Of a stretch of 27,135 nucleotides of DNA, positions 8,056 through 15,549 are shown piece by piece. The stretch comes from a virus. Its lineage: Duplodnaviria > Caudoviricetes. The notes beneath the pieces were generated by a model. That model worked only from the letters and a program-made list of their open reading frames with translations, was not told the origin of the DNA and did no database searches. The stretch is from positions 1-27,135 of IMG/VR virus record IMGVR_UViG_3300042858_000010; one strand, given 5' to 3'. The number at the start of each line of letters is the position of its first letter. Position 1 is the stretch's first letter. The position numbers and the translations under genes were made by a program.

Positions 8056-8570
8056 GCTACAGCCCTCCTTTTTCTCCTCATCTTCTTAAACTTGCTTTTG
8101 ATGGCTTGCGGGTGGCGGTTAAGTCTTTTCCCTAACTCCTGCAAAATTGCAGTTTTGCACCCATGCTTGCTTAGAGTTTCCCAGATGAGTTCCTCTTCCC
8201 ACTTCTCATATCTCCGCCGTTCTTCCATGCCTTTTTCTCTACGCATTCTTTTTAAGAACCTTTTCCTGTATTCCTTCTCGCATTCATCACTGCAGTGCAT
8301 GTCGCTGTCTTGGACGGGGATAAAAGCCTTTCCACAAACTTGGCATCTACGCATTACCTTTTCTACAGACTCCCCCGGGAAACCAAAAACCGGGGGATTG
8401 TCGTTGAGAACTTGCAAAATGCCTGACTTTACCTGTGCGTTTATCAAACTTCTTATCTTCTCTTTGGCATACTGTTTTAGATATTCTGGCGGGTTTAATT
8501 CTTTCAAAACCATCCACGGTAAAAACACTCGCAACTTTAGCATAGCTTTCCAGATTTGCCCATCCGTCAT
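8052..8570 (-). CDS. putative Zn-binding DNA-binding protein
   Basis: CQVC...HCSDEC metal-binding motif and a C-terminal HTH/Myb-like segment (WEEELIW...ELGKRLNRHPQAIKSK). Confidence 0.68.
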   Translation of the reverse strand: MTDGQIWKAMLKLRVFLPWMVLKELNPPEYLKQYAKEKIRSLINAQVKSGILQVLNDNPPVFGFPGESVEKVMRRCQVCGKAFIPVQDSDMHCSDECEKEYRKRFLKRMRREKGMEERRRYEKWEEELIWETLSKHGCKTAILQELGKRLNRHPQAIKSKFKKMRRKRRAVA

Positions 8571-8576
8571 GGAGAT

Positions 8577-9260
8577 TTACCTCCCGAAAGCTCTTGTAAG
8601 CTTTTCAAAAACTTCTTCGTTAAGTTCTAATTTTCTTGTTTTGGCGGCCTGTAAGACTATCGCTAAGTCTATCGTCGTAAATCCTCTTTCCCTTGCAAAT
8701 TTGTAAACCTCTGTGCTATCTGCATTTACTCCGAAATGTGCAAGCAGGTGTCGAACAGTATCTTCTGTCATCGGGTTCAGTTCCTTTTTTATCGCTATGC
8801 GTTTAAAAAGAGAGTGATTATTCACAGCAATCGTTTTCGGCAGAGTGTGGTCTCCCAAAAAGACGTAGCTGAAGCCTATGTCCTCCGCAAGGTCTTTAAG
8901 CTCACTGATAATAAACTGCCTACGGATAATCCTTTGCGTTTCATCAATAATGAATATGGGGTGTAAGGATATGTATTCAATGTGGGATTTGATGAGATCA
9001 AGAGTCCCTTCGAGGGTATTTCTCACCCCACTTCCAATAGTAAGTCCTATGAGTCTGTAAAGTCTGCCGCGGGTGAGATCACCATCCGGCATCTTAATAT
9101 AGAACACATCTCTTTCCGTCTGACTGACTTTCTTGGCAGCTATCGTCTTTCCCACACCCCATGACCCCCATATCAGGGCATGGAGTGGTGTTTCCTGCTC
9201 CTCACGGAGCACCCTGAGGACTTTGACTGTTTCTCTTATAATTTGTTCTGCGTGCGTCAT
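8577..9260 (-). CDS. MuB-like transposition AAA ATPase
   Basis: Walker A GSWGVGKT, Walker B IFIIDE; overlaps the transposase stop. Confidence 0.85.
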   Translation of the reverse strand: MTHAEQIIRETVKVLRVLREEQETPLHALIWGSWGVGKTIAAKKVSQTERDVFYIKMPDGDLTRGRLYRLIGLTIGSGVRNTLEGTLDLIKSHIEYISLHPIFIIDETQRIIRRQFIISELKDLAEDIGFSYVFLGDHTLPKTIAVNNHSLFKRIAIKKELNPMTEDTVRHLLAHFGVNADSTEVYKFARERGFTTIDLAIVLQAAKTRKLELNEEVFEKLTRAFGR

Positions 9261-10714
9261 GGCTTTTCACCTCCTAAGAGTTTTATTGGATCCCACTCCT
9301 CTTCCTCGGGCGGTTGAGGTTGAGGAGTGGGTTGTAAGCTTTGTTCGGTAGCACTTAGAAGTTCTAGAAAGGTTGCGGTCTCTTTTTGTTGCTGTAGCAT
9401 TTGTATTTTCTGCTGTTCAATTTCAAGCAGTTCTTCTTTTAGCTTTCTCTCTCTCCGTTCTATCCGCCTTTCCTTGTTCCTTAGCTCTCTAATCTCCGCC
9501 GTGTCAAGGCTGGGAGCGTCGGTGGATATTAACTTTGCAAAACCCAACGGAGTTCTCTCCTTCTCGTCCCATACTTCCAGATACGTAGCGTTCTCTATAT
9601 CTCTGTAGCATACAACTGTGGGTGCTTTCCTATTCCTGCCGATCTCTCCAGCCCGATCTTCTGATGGGTAGAAAAATTCATATACGAGATTTTCAATTCT
9701 TATATTGTTATTACGAACCACTCGCACGAACCTCTCTCTAAAGGCTTTCCTTAGTTCATCCTCTTCTACCTTCCTATACTCAATCGTGGCATGTAGCTGC
9801 TCAGGAATAACAGGTGTTTGGAAGTGTTCAAATCTGTGTTGTGATTTGTTGTATTGTTCTATTGCATCTTTGAGGGCGTCTTCAAAGCTTTTGTGCGTAG
9901 TGGTGTAATACCTGAGGAGGTCTTTTAAGTCCCGGAAACCTCGTTCTATAAGCTTGCTGTTCGGGCTGTATGGTCTCGTGCGTGTGATTGGGATGTTGAG
10001 GTATTCCAACCCTCTCGTAATGATCTCTGCCCTGAGGGTTAGCTCATTGTCCACAATCACCCTCTCGGGCAGTCCGTATTTTTTGAAAAGGTCAATAAAA
10101 AATTGTGCTACATCTAATGCCGAAAATGCCTTATTGTAGTAGAAGGTATCCTCCATTGCCTCCACAGTCATGTAGGAGAGGAAGAATCCGCTCCACCTTT
10201 CTCTGGCAGCCAATATAAAATACCTTTTCCCTTTCCAGCTATACCCAGTTGCATCAATTTCCCACTCTCCCCTCTCCCGCTTTTGTTTGCCTTTTGGCGT
10301 CCTGTATTCTGCGTATTCCTTCTTGTTTCTCCTTTCCAGTTCCAGTTTTTCCCAGCTTCCGAACCTCTGCTTAATGACTTCCTCTAACCTTCTCCTAAAC
10401 GTCCGCTCGCTTTTGATCCCCAGCAATTCCAGTCGTTTTTTCAGATCCTGTCGTTTTTTCAGACGCTCGTAGATTCGTGCGATAGAAAGAGTCCTGGTTC
10501 TACCTTTCTCTTCTCTGGCGAATTTCAGCAACTCTAGGATCGTATCCCATATCTCGTCTTGAAGTAATGCCTCCCTCCCTTCCCTTCTGGGTTTTGGGTT
10601 TATCTCATTTATCCATCTGTGGACGGTGCTTTTGGGTATATTTAGCTCTTCGGCAATTTGTCGTATGGAATAGCCTAATCCATACAACCACAGGACGTCT
10701 TTTTTCTTGTCCAT
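9257..10714 (-). CDS. MuA-like DDE transposase (N-terminal HTH, integrase core)
   Basis: HTH YSIRQIAEELNIPKSTVHRW; catalytic triad context WEIDAT / VIVDNE / SKLIERGF. Confidence 0.9.
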   Translation of the reverse strand: MDKKKDVLWLYGLGYSIRQIAEELNIPKSTVHRWINEINPKPRREGREALLQDEIWDTILELLKFAREEKGRTRTLSIARIYERLKKRQDLKKRLELLGIKSERTFRRRLEEVIKQRFGSWEKLELERRNKKEYAEYRTPKGKQKRERGEWEIDATGYSWKGKRYFILAARERWSGFFLSYMTVEAMEDTFYYNKAFSALDVAQFFIDLFKKYGLPERVIVDNELTLRAEIITRGLEYLNIPITRTRPYSPNSKLIERGFRDLKDLLRYYTTTHKSFEDALKDAIEQYNKSQHRFEHFQTPVIPEQLHATIEYRKVEEDELRKAFRERFVRVVRNNNIRIENLVYEFFYPSEDRAGEIGRNRKAPTVVCYRDIENATYLEVWDEKERTPLGFAKLISTDAPSLDTAEIRELRNKERRIERRERKLKEELLEIEQQKIQMLQQQKETATFLELLSATEQSLQPTPQPQPPEEEEWDPIKLLGGEKP

Positions 10715-10732
10715 CCCTGCCCTCCTTTTTGG

Positions 10733-12376
10733 CTACCAGCCTCTGACCGCCTTCTTGGAATACTCTTTCACTTTTTGATAGATTTCATCCGCTATCTCAA
10801 ACGCCCGCACCCAGCCAAGCTTGATGCCCATATCTAACAACAGCTCTTCCAGTGCGTTCCGATACCAGTCTTCTATGCTGGGAGGCAGGGACTTTTCTTG
10901 CTTTTCTTTTGCTTTTGGTTTCTTTTCTTCTTCTTGTGCTTTTTTCCCGAATGCCTTTTCAAAATCCTCTCTGAGAGCTTCCCATGTCTCCTCGGGTGTG
11001 GTTTCTTCAATCTCTTTAGCTATCTGCTCTAACTTTTCCCATTCTTCTTGTCTTATAAGTTCCTCAACCTTCTTCACCACCCTCTCTACAACAGAGTCCA
11101 CAAGCCTTAGTCCCTTTTCTCTTAAAATCCTTTTGACCGCTTTCCTCGTTTTGGATTCCCTCGCCCACCTGTCCTTCTCTCCCTTTACTTCTTCTTTTAT
11201 CTTGTTGATTTCTTCTTCGGAAAGGCTGTCCTCGGCGGGTTCTGGTATTTGTTTATACACTGCAAGTAGTTCATCAGCGTGCTGGTGCAGAATTTCATCT
11301 ACTAACTCTTCATGCCCAAATATGTCCACTCCTCGCCTTCCTAACTCAAATCTTAGCGATTTCCATGTTGAGAAAACATACTCTGGATCTAACAGGATTT
11401 CTTTGGCTTTTTCAAGGACAACCTCTTTAAGTTTCCTCCTTTCCTCGTGTTCTTTTTTCATCTCTTCAAATACTGCCTGTGCTTTGTCAAAGAATATTCT
11501 GCGTGCCCGAACCGAAAGATTGTCGTATGGTGGCATTCCCTGAAGGTAGCTTCTCACTTTCTCGTAAGGGTCGTCTATAAACCTTCTGAAGTCCTTCTTG
11601 ACTGTTTCATTCAAAAACTTCAGGATGTCCCTTAATGCCTGCTCTTTCACTACTTCGTTAAAGGACTTTTGTTTTATTGCTTCTTCATGCTCTTCTATAA
11701 ACGCCGAGAGAAGTCTGTAGCCCTCGGGGGTGGGGGTGCCGTCGGGAGTGAGTAATTGAGAATTATTTGCAAGTAAAGAATCTGCAATTTTTGCAGGTTG
11801 TTTACTTTCCCTTTCCCAGTTGGAAATCGCCATTTTGGTGACTCCCAACCTTTCCGCCACTTCCTGTTGAGATAGCCCCTGCTTCCTTAATTCCAACGCC
11901 TGCCTTTTCAGTTCCTCATCTTTCGCCCTTCTTTTAACTCCCTGAACCCAATTGTATATTGTCCGCTCAGAGATCCTGAATAAGCGTCTGAGCTTTTCTA
12001 TCTCCACGCCGTCAGCATATAACAAGCGTGCGAGTTCTTTCTTCTCTTCCCTACTGAGTGGGATCCCGTGAAGCATGTTTTTCTCAATAGCCAGCATTCT
12101 AGCTTCCACTTCATCCGTCAACTCCACCACTTCCGTCTTGATTACCTCCTTTCCCAATCTCCTGCACGCAAGCAACCTGTGCATTCCATCAATCAACCAA
12201 TAAATGCCATTTCCTTTATCCCACACCACTATTGGGGGAAATTGTTCCCCCGCTTCCATTGCCTCTTGGTATTCTTGAACCTTCTCCTCTATGGTGTGGT
12301 TGTAAATTCTGGGCAAAAGTCCCTGAATAACTTCAATTTTGCTAACTGGGACCTCAAAAATGCCTTTGCTTTTCAT
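10733..12376 (-). CDS. ParB N-terminal domain protein with two HTH motifs and a long helical C-terminus
   Basis: PPIVV...LIDGMHRLLA ParB/Srx signature; HTHs LRRLFRISERTIYNWV and LSQQEVAERLGVTKMAISNWE; AAGGAGGT SD. Confidence 0.85.
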   Translation of the reverse strand: MKSKGIFEVPVSKIEVIQGLLPRIYNHTIEEKVQEYQEAMEAGEQFPPIVVWDKGNGIYWLIDGMHRLLACRRLGKEVIKTEVVELTDEVEARMLAIEKNMLHGIPLSREEKKELARLLYADGVEIEKLRRLFRISERTIYNWVQGVKRRAKDEELKRQALELRKQGLSQQEVAERLGVTKMAISNWERESKQPAKIADSLLANNSQLLTPDGTPTPEGYRLLSAFIEEHEEAIKQKSFNEVVKEQALRDILKFLNETVKKDFRRFIDDPYEKVRSYLQGMPPYDNLSVRARRIFFDKAQAVFEEMKKEHEERRKLKEVVLEKAKEILLDPEYVFSTWKSLRFELGRRGVDIFGHEELVDEILHQHADELLAVYKQIPEPAEDSLSEEEINKIKEEVKGEKDRWARESKTRKAVKRILREKGLRLVDSVVERVVKKVEELIRQEEWEKLEQIAKEIEETTPEETWEALREDFEKAFGKKAQEEEKKPKAKEKQEKSLPPSIEDWYRNALEELLLDMGIKLGWVRAFEIADEIYQKVKEYSKKAVRGW

Positions 12377-12383
12377 GCCTTAC

Positions 12384-12410
12384 ACCTCCTTTATGAGATT
12401 TGGTTTTTTG
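12384..12410. repeat. 27-bp direct repeat, copy 1 (includes the SD of the ParB-like gene)
   Basis: ACCTCCTTTATGAGATTTGGTTTTTTG; one mismatch to 13766..13792. Confidence 0.9.
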
Positions 12411-12412
12411 TG

Positions 12413-12442
12413 TAAAAAAGCGGGAAGGCGTTGCACCTTCCC
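12413..12442 (-). terminator. intrinsic terminator (distal of two)
   Basis: Minus strand GGGAAGGTG-CAA-CGCCTTCCC followed by GCTTTTTT. Confidence 0.72.
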
Positions 12443-12477
12443 AAGTGGCAACTGACAAGGAGGAAGAACCCTCTTGT

Positions 12478-12500
12478 AAAAAGGCGGGCTTGGAGCCCGC
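12478..12500 (-). terminator. intrinsic terminator (proximal of two)
   Basis: Minus strand GCGGGCT-CCA-AGCCCGC followed by CTTTTT. Confidence 0.72.
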
Positions 12501-12543
12501 AAGAGGAGATAGAGGGGGGAGGAGGGAAGCTCCTCGAGGTATT

Positions 12544-12900
12544 TCATTTCCCTAACCTAAAAAACAAATGCCGCAATTTTTCCGCAAGGAATATCAATTC
12601 CTGCTCGCTTAACTGAAAATTGATTTTTGTAGAAGATTCTTTCGCTTTCCCTTCCGTGAGTGAGATTACCACTTTGAGATCACTGGAGACAGACACGCTT
12701 AACTTTTTATATGTGCTTTCCCCGCTTTGGTGGTATAAATTCACTACCTCTACCCACTTCCCACCTTCTTTCCTTTGCTCTTTAGCCTCTTGCGGTTGTT
12801 GTGGCGGTTGTGGCTGTGGTGGTTGCTGTGGTTGTGGTTGTAGCTGTTGCCGTGGATGTTGCTCTCTTTGATATCTTTTGTTCGTATATCTTTCCTTCAT
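12544..12900 (-). CDS. hypothetical protein with Q/P-rich linker and a small beta-beta-beta-alpha C-terminal domain
   Basis: GAGGAGG SD before ATG 12900; QPQPQQPPQPQPPQQPQ tract. Confidence 0.65.
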   Translation of the reverse strand: MKERYTNKRYQREQHPRQQLQPQPQQPPQPQPPQQPQEAKEQRKEGGKWVEVVNLYHQSGESTYKKLSVSVSSDLKVVISLTEGKAKESSTKINFQLSEQELIFLAEKLRHLFFRLGK

Positions 12901-13064
12901 CTGCACACCTCCTCAATTACCTTTTCTATCCTTTTCACCTCCTTTAACATTTCCAAAGACTGCCTATACCTTACCTCGGCTAAAAGAATGAGCACTACGC
13001 CAAAGAAAAGAACCATTAAGCTTATAACCCATTGCCAGTCTGGGTCCTTTTCTGGTAGTCTCAT
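12897..13064 (-). CDS. small single-pass membrane protein
   Basis: WVISLMVLFFGVVLILLA hydrophobic stretch; ATGA coupling on both sides. Confidence 0.6.
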   Translation of the reverse strand: MRLPEKDPDWQWVISLMVLFFGVVLILLAEVRYRQSLEMLKEVKRIEKVIEEVCR

Positions 13065-13285
13065 GGTGTACCCTCCCATGGAACAACCACTGCCAAGATC
13101 CTGTCTCCGTCCCTTTCGTATTTCTTTACCTCATAAAGCTGTTCTCCTGACGCATGCTTCACGGAGATGATTTCCCATTCTCTGATCCAATACCATTCAT
13201 AGAATGCGAGGTCTAACACGAAAAAACTGTTGAACTGTCTTATCCTCAGTGCTATATTATTCTTCTTGTCTACGTGCGTCATCAT
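13061..13285 (-). CDS. hypothetical early protein
   Basis: 74 aa with GGAGGTG SD, in operon. Confidence 0.6.
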   Translation of the reverse strand: MMTHVDKKNNIALRIRQFNSFFVLDLAFYEWYWIREWEIISVKHASGEQLYEVKKYERDGDRILAVVVPWEGTP

Positions 13286-13291
13286 TGCTCT

Positions 13292-13759
13292 TCACCTCCC
13301 CCGAGAGGGTCTTCTTCCTTCCCTCTCGGCTTTTTCTATGAGCTTTTTCTTAAGCTCGGCTCTCTTGAGTAAGAGTGTGTAGATAGCCTCTTCAACCTCT
13401 TTTAAGTCCTCCTCTATACTGTTTTCCTCATCCACGAGGGCTTCCTCGGCGTCGTTAAGTTCTTTGAGGATTTCCTTAAATGGAACTTCCCTTTCCGCAG
13501 GGTAGGGCTCCAGCCTGTAGCCAAGCCTGTGTGCTATTTCCTGAAGCGCTTTGAAAGCAAGCTCGGGCATGTGCTCGTGGATAATGAGCAGTGTGTCCAG
13601 CGCATAGCTCAGCGGGTCTCGCCTATGGAAAGGATTGTCCTCATCCATAGACCATGCGTAAATAAGCTTTTCTGACCTCCCCAGACGGGAAGCCAATGGG
13701 TATGGGCTCTTCTTCCGGAGGAATTCCCGGAAGACCCAGTTAAAGCTTGAGTGCCTCAT
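13292..13759 (-). CDS. phage regulatory protein, CII-like
   Basis: HTH-like LASRLGRSEKLIYAW plus helical C-terminus, directly after the Cro-like gene. Confidence 0.6.
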   Translation of the reverse strand: MRHSSFNWVFREFLRKKSPYPLASRLGRSEKLIYAWSMDEDNPFHRRDPLSYALDTLLIIHEHMPELAFKALQEIAHRLGYRLEPYPAEREVPFKEILKELNDAEEALVDEENSIEEDLKEVEEAIYTLLLKRAELKKKLIEKAEREGRRPSRGR

Positions 13760-14061
13760 GGTTTTACCTCCTTTATGGGATTTGGTTTTTTGCTACCTTT
13801 TTTGCTGGGTGTGGGCTTGGCGCCCTTGCTTTCTACACGCCTTTCCGCTAAATAAATCTCATACTTTTCTGGGAGGTCAGGGACATGAAGGGTCTCTGCA
13901 ATTTTGCAGATAAGAGGACGGGAGATTTTCTTGCCGGACAACACGCTAAACAAATAGACATGATTAACATTGAGAATGTTCGCCAGCCTGCTGAGACCTA
14001 TTCCTTGCCTCCTTCCCGCTTCTCTTACAATATCCCTTATGGGTATGAGGTTAGAACCCAT
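13756..14061 (-). CDS. Cro/Ner-like HTH repressor (probably leaderless)
   Basis: HTH LSRLANILNVNHVYLFSVLSG; divergent from the CI-like gene; ATG 14061 lies 7 nt after a perfect -10 box. Confidence 0.78.
   Translation of the reverse strand: MGSNLIPIRDIVREAGRRQGIGLSRLANILNVNHVYLFSVLSGKKISRPLICKIAETLHVPDLPEKYEIYLAERRVESKGAKPTPSKKGSKKPNPIKEVKP
13766..13792. repeat. 27-bp direct repeat, copy 2 (includes the SD of the CII-like gene)
   Basis: ACCTCCTTTATGGGATTTGGTTTTTTG. Confidence 0.9.
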
Positions 14062-14068
14062 AGGGGAC

Positions 14069-14096
14069 ATTATAAGAAAAATTCCTTACTTGTCAA
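14069..14096 (-). promoter_or_regulatory. early (lytic) sigma70-type promoter
   Basis: Minus strand TTGACA-N16-TATAAT, both hexamers perfect consensus. Confidence 0.85.
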
Positions 14097-14120
14097 GAGG
14101 GAAGAAGGAAAATTTCTGAT
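14072..14120. promoter_or_regulatory. candidate repressor operators (inverted pair)
   Basis: ATAAGAAAAATTCCTT (14072-14087) and AAGGAAAATTTCTGAT (14105-14120) are inverted with 13/16 matches and flank the -35 box. Confidence 0.55.
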
Positions 14121-14784
14121 GGGTGCAGGAGAAAGGATAAAAAGGCTGAGGCAAGCTTTAGGGTTAACACAAAAAGAGTTTGCTTCTCGAATAGGGATAA
14201 CCTATGAAATGCTGGGGCTTTACGAAAGGGGTAAATACGCTCCACCCGAGAAAGTTCTCAAACTCATCTCTTCCACGTTTGGTGTCTCTTATGAGTGGCT
14301 CAAGGAAGGCAAGGGAGAAATGTGGGTAAGAATGGATAAGGCAATATTAGAGGGAGCAGGAGCAAGGTTAATAGAATTTGCTAAAGGAATAGTTCGCATT
14401 CCATTAGTGGAGAGTGTTGGGACAGAGTTCCCAAAAAATACAGCCGACATAAGGACTCTAGATTATATCCGTGTTAGTAAAGAAACATTACAAAATGGTG
14501 GTAGATTTGCAATTCAAGTCCGTGGAGACAGTATGGAGCCCACCTTGCGTGATGGTGATTATGTAATATTCAAGCCTTATGTAGGGGACGGGTCAGATAT
14601 CCCAAACGGAAAGGTAGTAGTCGTGCGAAATATTGGCGGAGAACTCATTGTGAAAAGGCTTGTGAGGGTAGAGGGTGTTATGATGCTGGTTCCCGACAAC
14701 CCAAAATATCCTCCACTTCAACCCTCTGCAGATTTGCAGATTGTGGGCGTGGCGGTGGAGGCTATAAAAAGAATAGAACTCTGA
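14119..14784 (+). CDS. CI-like repressor (XRE HTH plus S24 peptidase domain)
   Basis: RIKRLRQALGLTQKEFASRIGI HTH; GDSMEP (Ser) and IVKRL (Lys) catalytic motifs; ATG 14119 preferred over 13885. Confidence 0.9.
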   Translation: MGAGERIKRLRQALGLTQKEFASRIGITYEMLGLYERGKYAPPEKVLKLISSTFGVSYEWLKEGKGEMWVRMDKAILEGAGARLIEFAKGIVRIPLVESVGTEFPKNTADIRTLDYIRVSKETLQNGGRFAIQVRGDSMEPTLRDGDYVIFKPYVGDGSDIPNGKVVVVRNIGGELIVKRLVRVEGVMMLVPDNPKYPPLQPSADLQIVGVAVEAIKRIEL

Positions 14785-14789
14785 CTTTT

Positions 14790-14805
14790 TGCAGTCTTTG
14801 CTTGA
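14790..14805 (+). promoter_or_regulatory. late-promoter motif, copy 1
   Basis: TGCAGTCTTTGCTTGA; dyad centre 41 bp before ATG 14837. Confidence 0.65.
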
Positions 14806-14836
14806 TTGAGTGCTTATATATATCAATTATTGATAT

Positions 14837-15328
14837 ATGCAATACGCTTCGCTTGGAGACATCGTCTTCAAAGTCTATTCTTATCTTGAGCACAGAGAAA
14901 CAAACGAATACGCAGTAGCCAAGCACAGAACCATCTTCGCCCCCTCAAGCCTGCAGTTCCTCGGCGATGAACTTCTAAGCCTTGAGGTCAAAGTGGGCTT
15001 TCACAGGGATTTTTGCGACCCGCTTGAGGAGTATCAAAAACTGAAAGACATTGCTAAAGAGGGCTTGCCAAAAAAACTAATCATAGCCGAGCAGGTTTAC
15101 GGAGATTTTGTAATAGAAAGCATCACTGCAGAGGTCAAACAAGTGGATATGTGGGGCAAACCCGTCGCAATCTATTGCACTATGAGACTTACAGAATACC
15201 GAGAGAAGAAACTCCAGACAAGGGAAATAAGAACAACAAAGAAAAAAGCACCAGCCAAGAAGAACAGAAACTCGCAACAGCAACCGCAAGTGCAACCATC
15301 GCAGTATAAACCCATCATTACGAGGTGA
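14837..15328 (+). CDS. phage tail protein, P2 GpU-like
   Basis: LGDIVF...LQFLG...YGDFVIESI...LTEY pattern; upstream of the X and D genes. Confidence 0.82.
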   Translation: MQYASLGDIVFKVYSYLEHRETNEYAVAKHRTIFAPSSLQFLGDELLSLEVKVGFHRDFCDPLEEYQKLKDIAKEGLPKKLIIAEQVYGDFVIESITAEVKQVDMWGKPVAIYCTMRLTEYREKKLQTREIRTTKKKAPAKKNRNSQQQPQVQPSQYKPIITR

Positions 15329-15333
15329 GCACG

Positions 15334-15549
15334 ATGGAATACATCATTTACATCGCTAAGCAAGGAGACCGCTGGGATACAATAGCTTGGCAGTTCTACG
15401 GAGACCCTTATCTTTATGAACCCATCCTCCGTGCTAACCCAGAGTATCTTGGCTTGCCCTACCCACCACCCGGTGCAAAATTGCGAATTCCTATCATAGA
15501 AGTTGAGGACGAACCAGAGGTCGTAAAGGCACCATGGCAGACAGAATAG
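15334..15549 (+). CDS. tail protein X (LysM-like, P2 GpX)
   Basis: QGDRWDTIAWQFYG...ILRANP...LRIP...PW. Confidence 0.88.
   Translation: MEYIIYIAKQGDRWDTIAWQFYGDPYLYEPILRANPEYLGLPYPPPGAKLRIPIIEVEDEPEVVKAPWQTE

Noticed and set aside
6630-10714. Independent IS21-family element (istA/istB)
   Set aside because: The transposase is coupled to a MuB-like ATPase within a phage early operon; the IstB/DnaC-like gene is three genes further on and no terminal inverted repeats were seen.
8041-11543. Long + strand ORFs (8041..8706, 10821..11543 and similar S/F/L-rich ORFs)
   Set aside because: They are antisense shadows of K/E-rich genes, with no SD or recognisable motif.
13885-14118. 78-aa N-terminal extension of the repressor given by the ORF track
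   Set aside because: It overlaps the Cro-like gene and early promoter on the opposite strand; the HTH starts right after ATG 14119.
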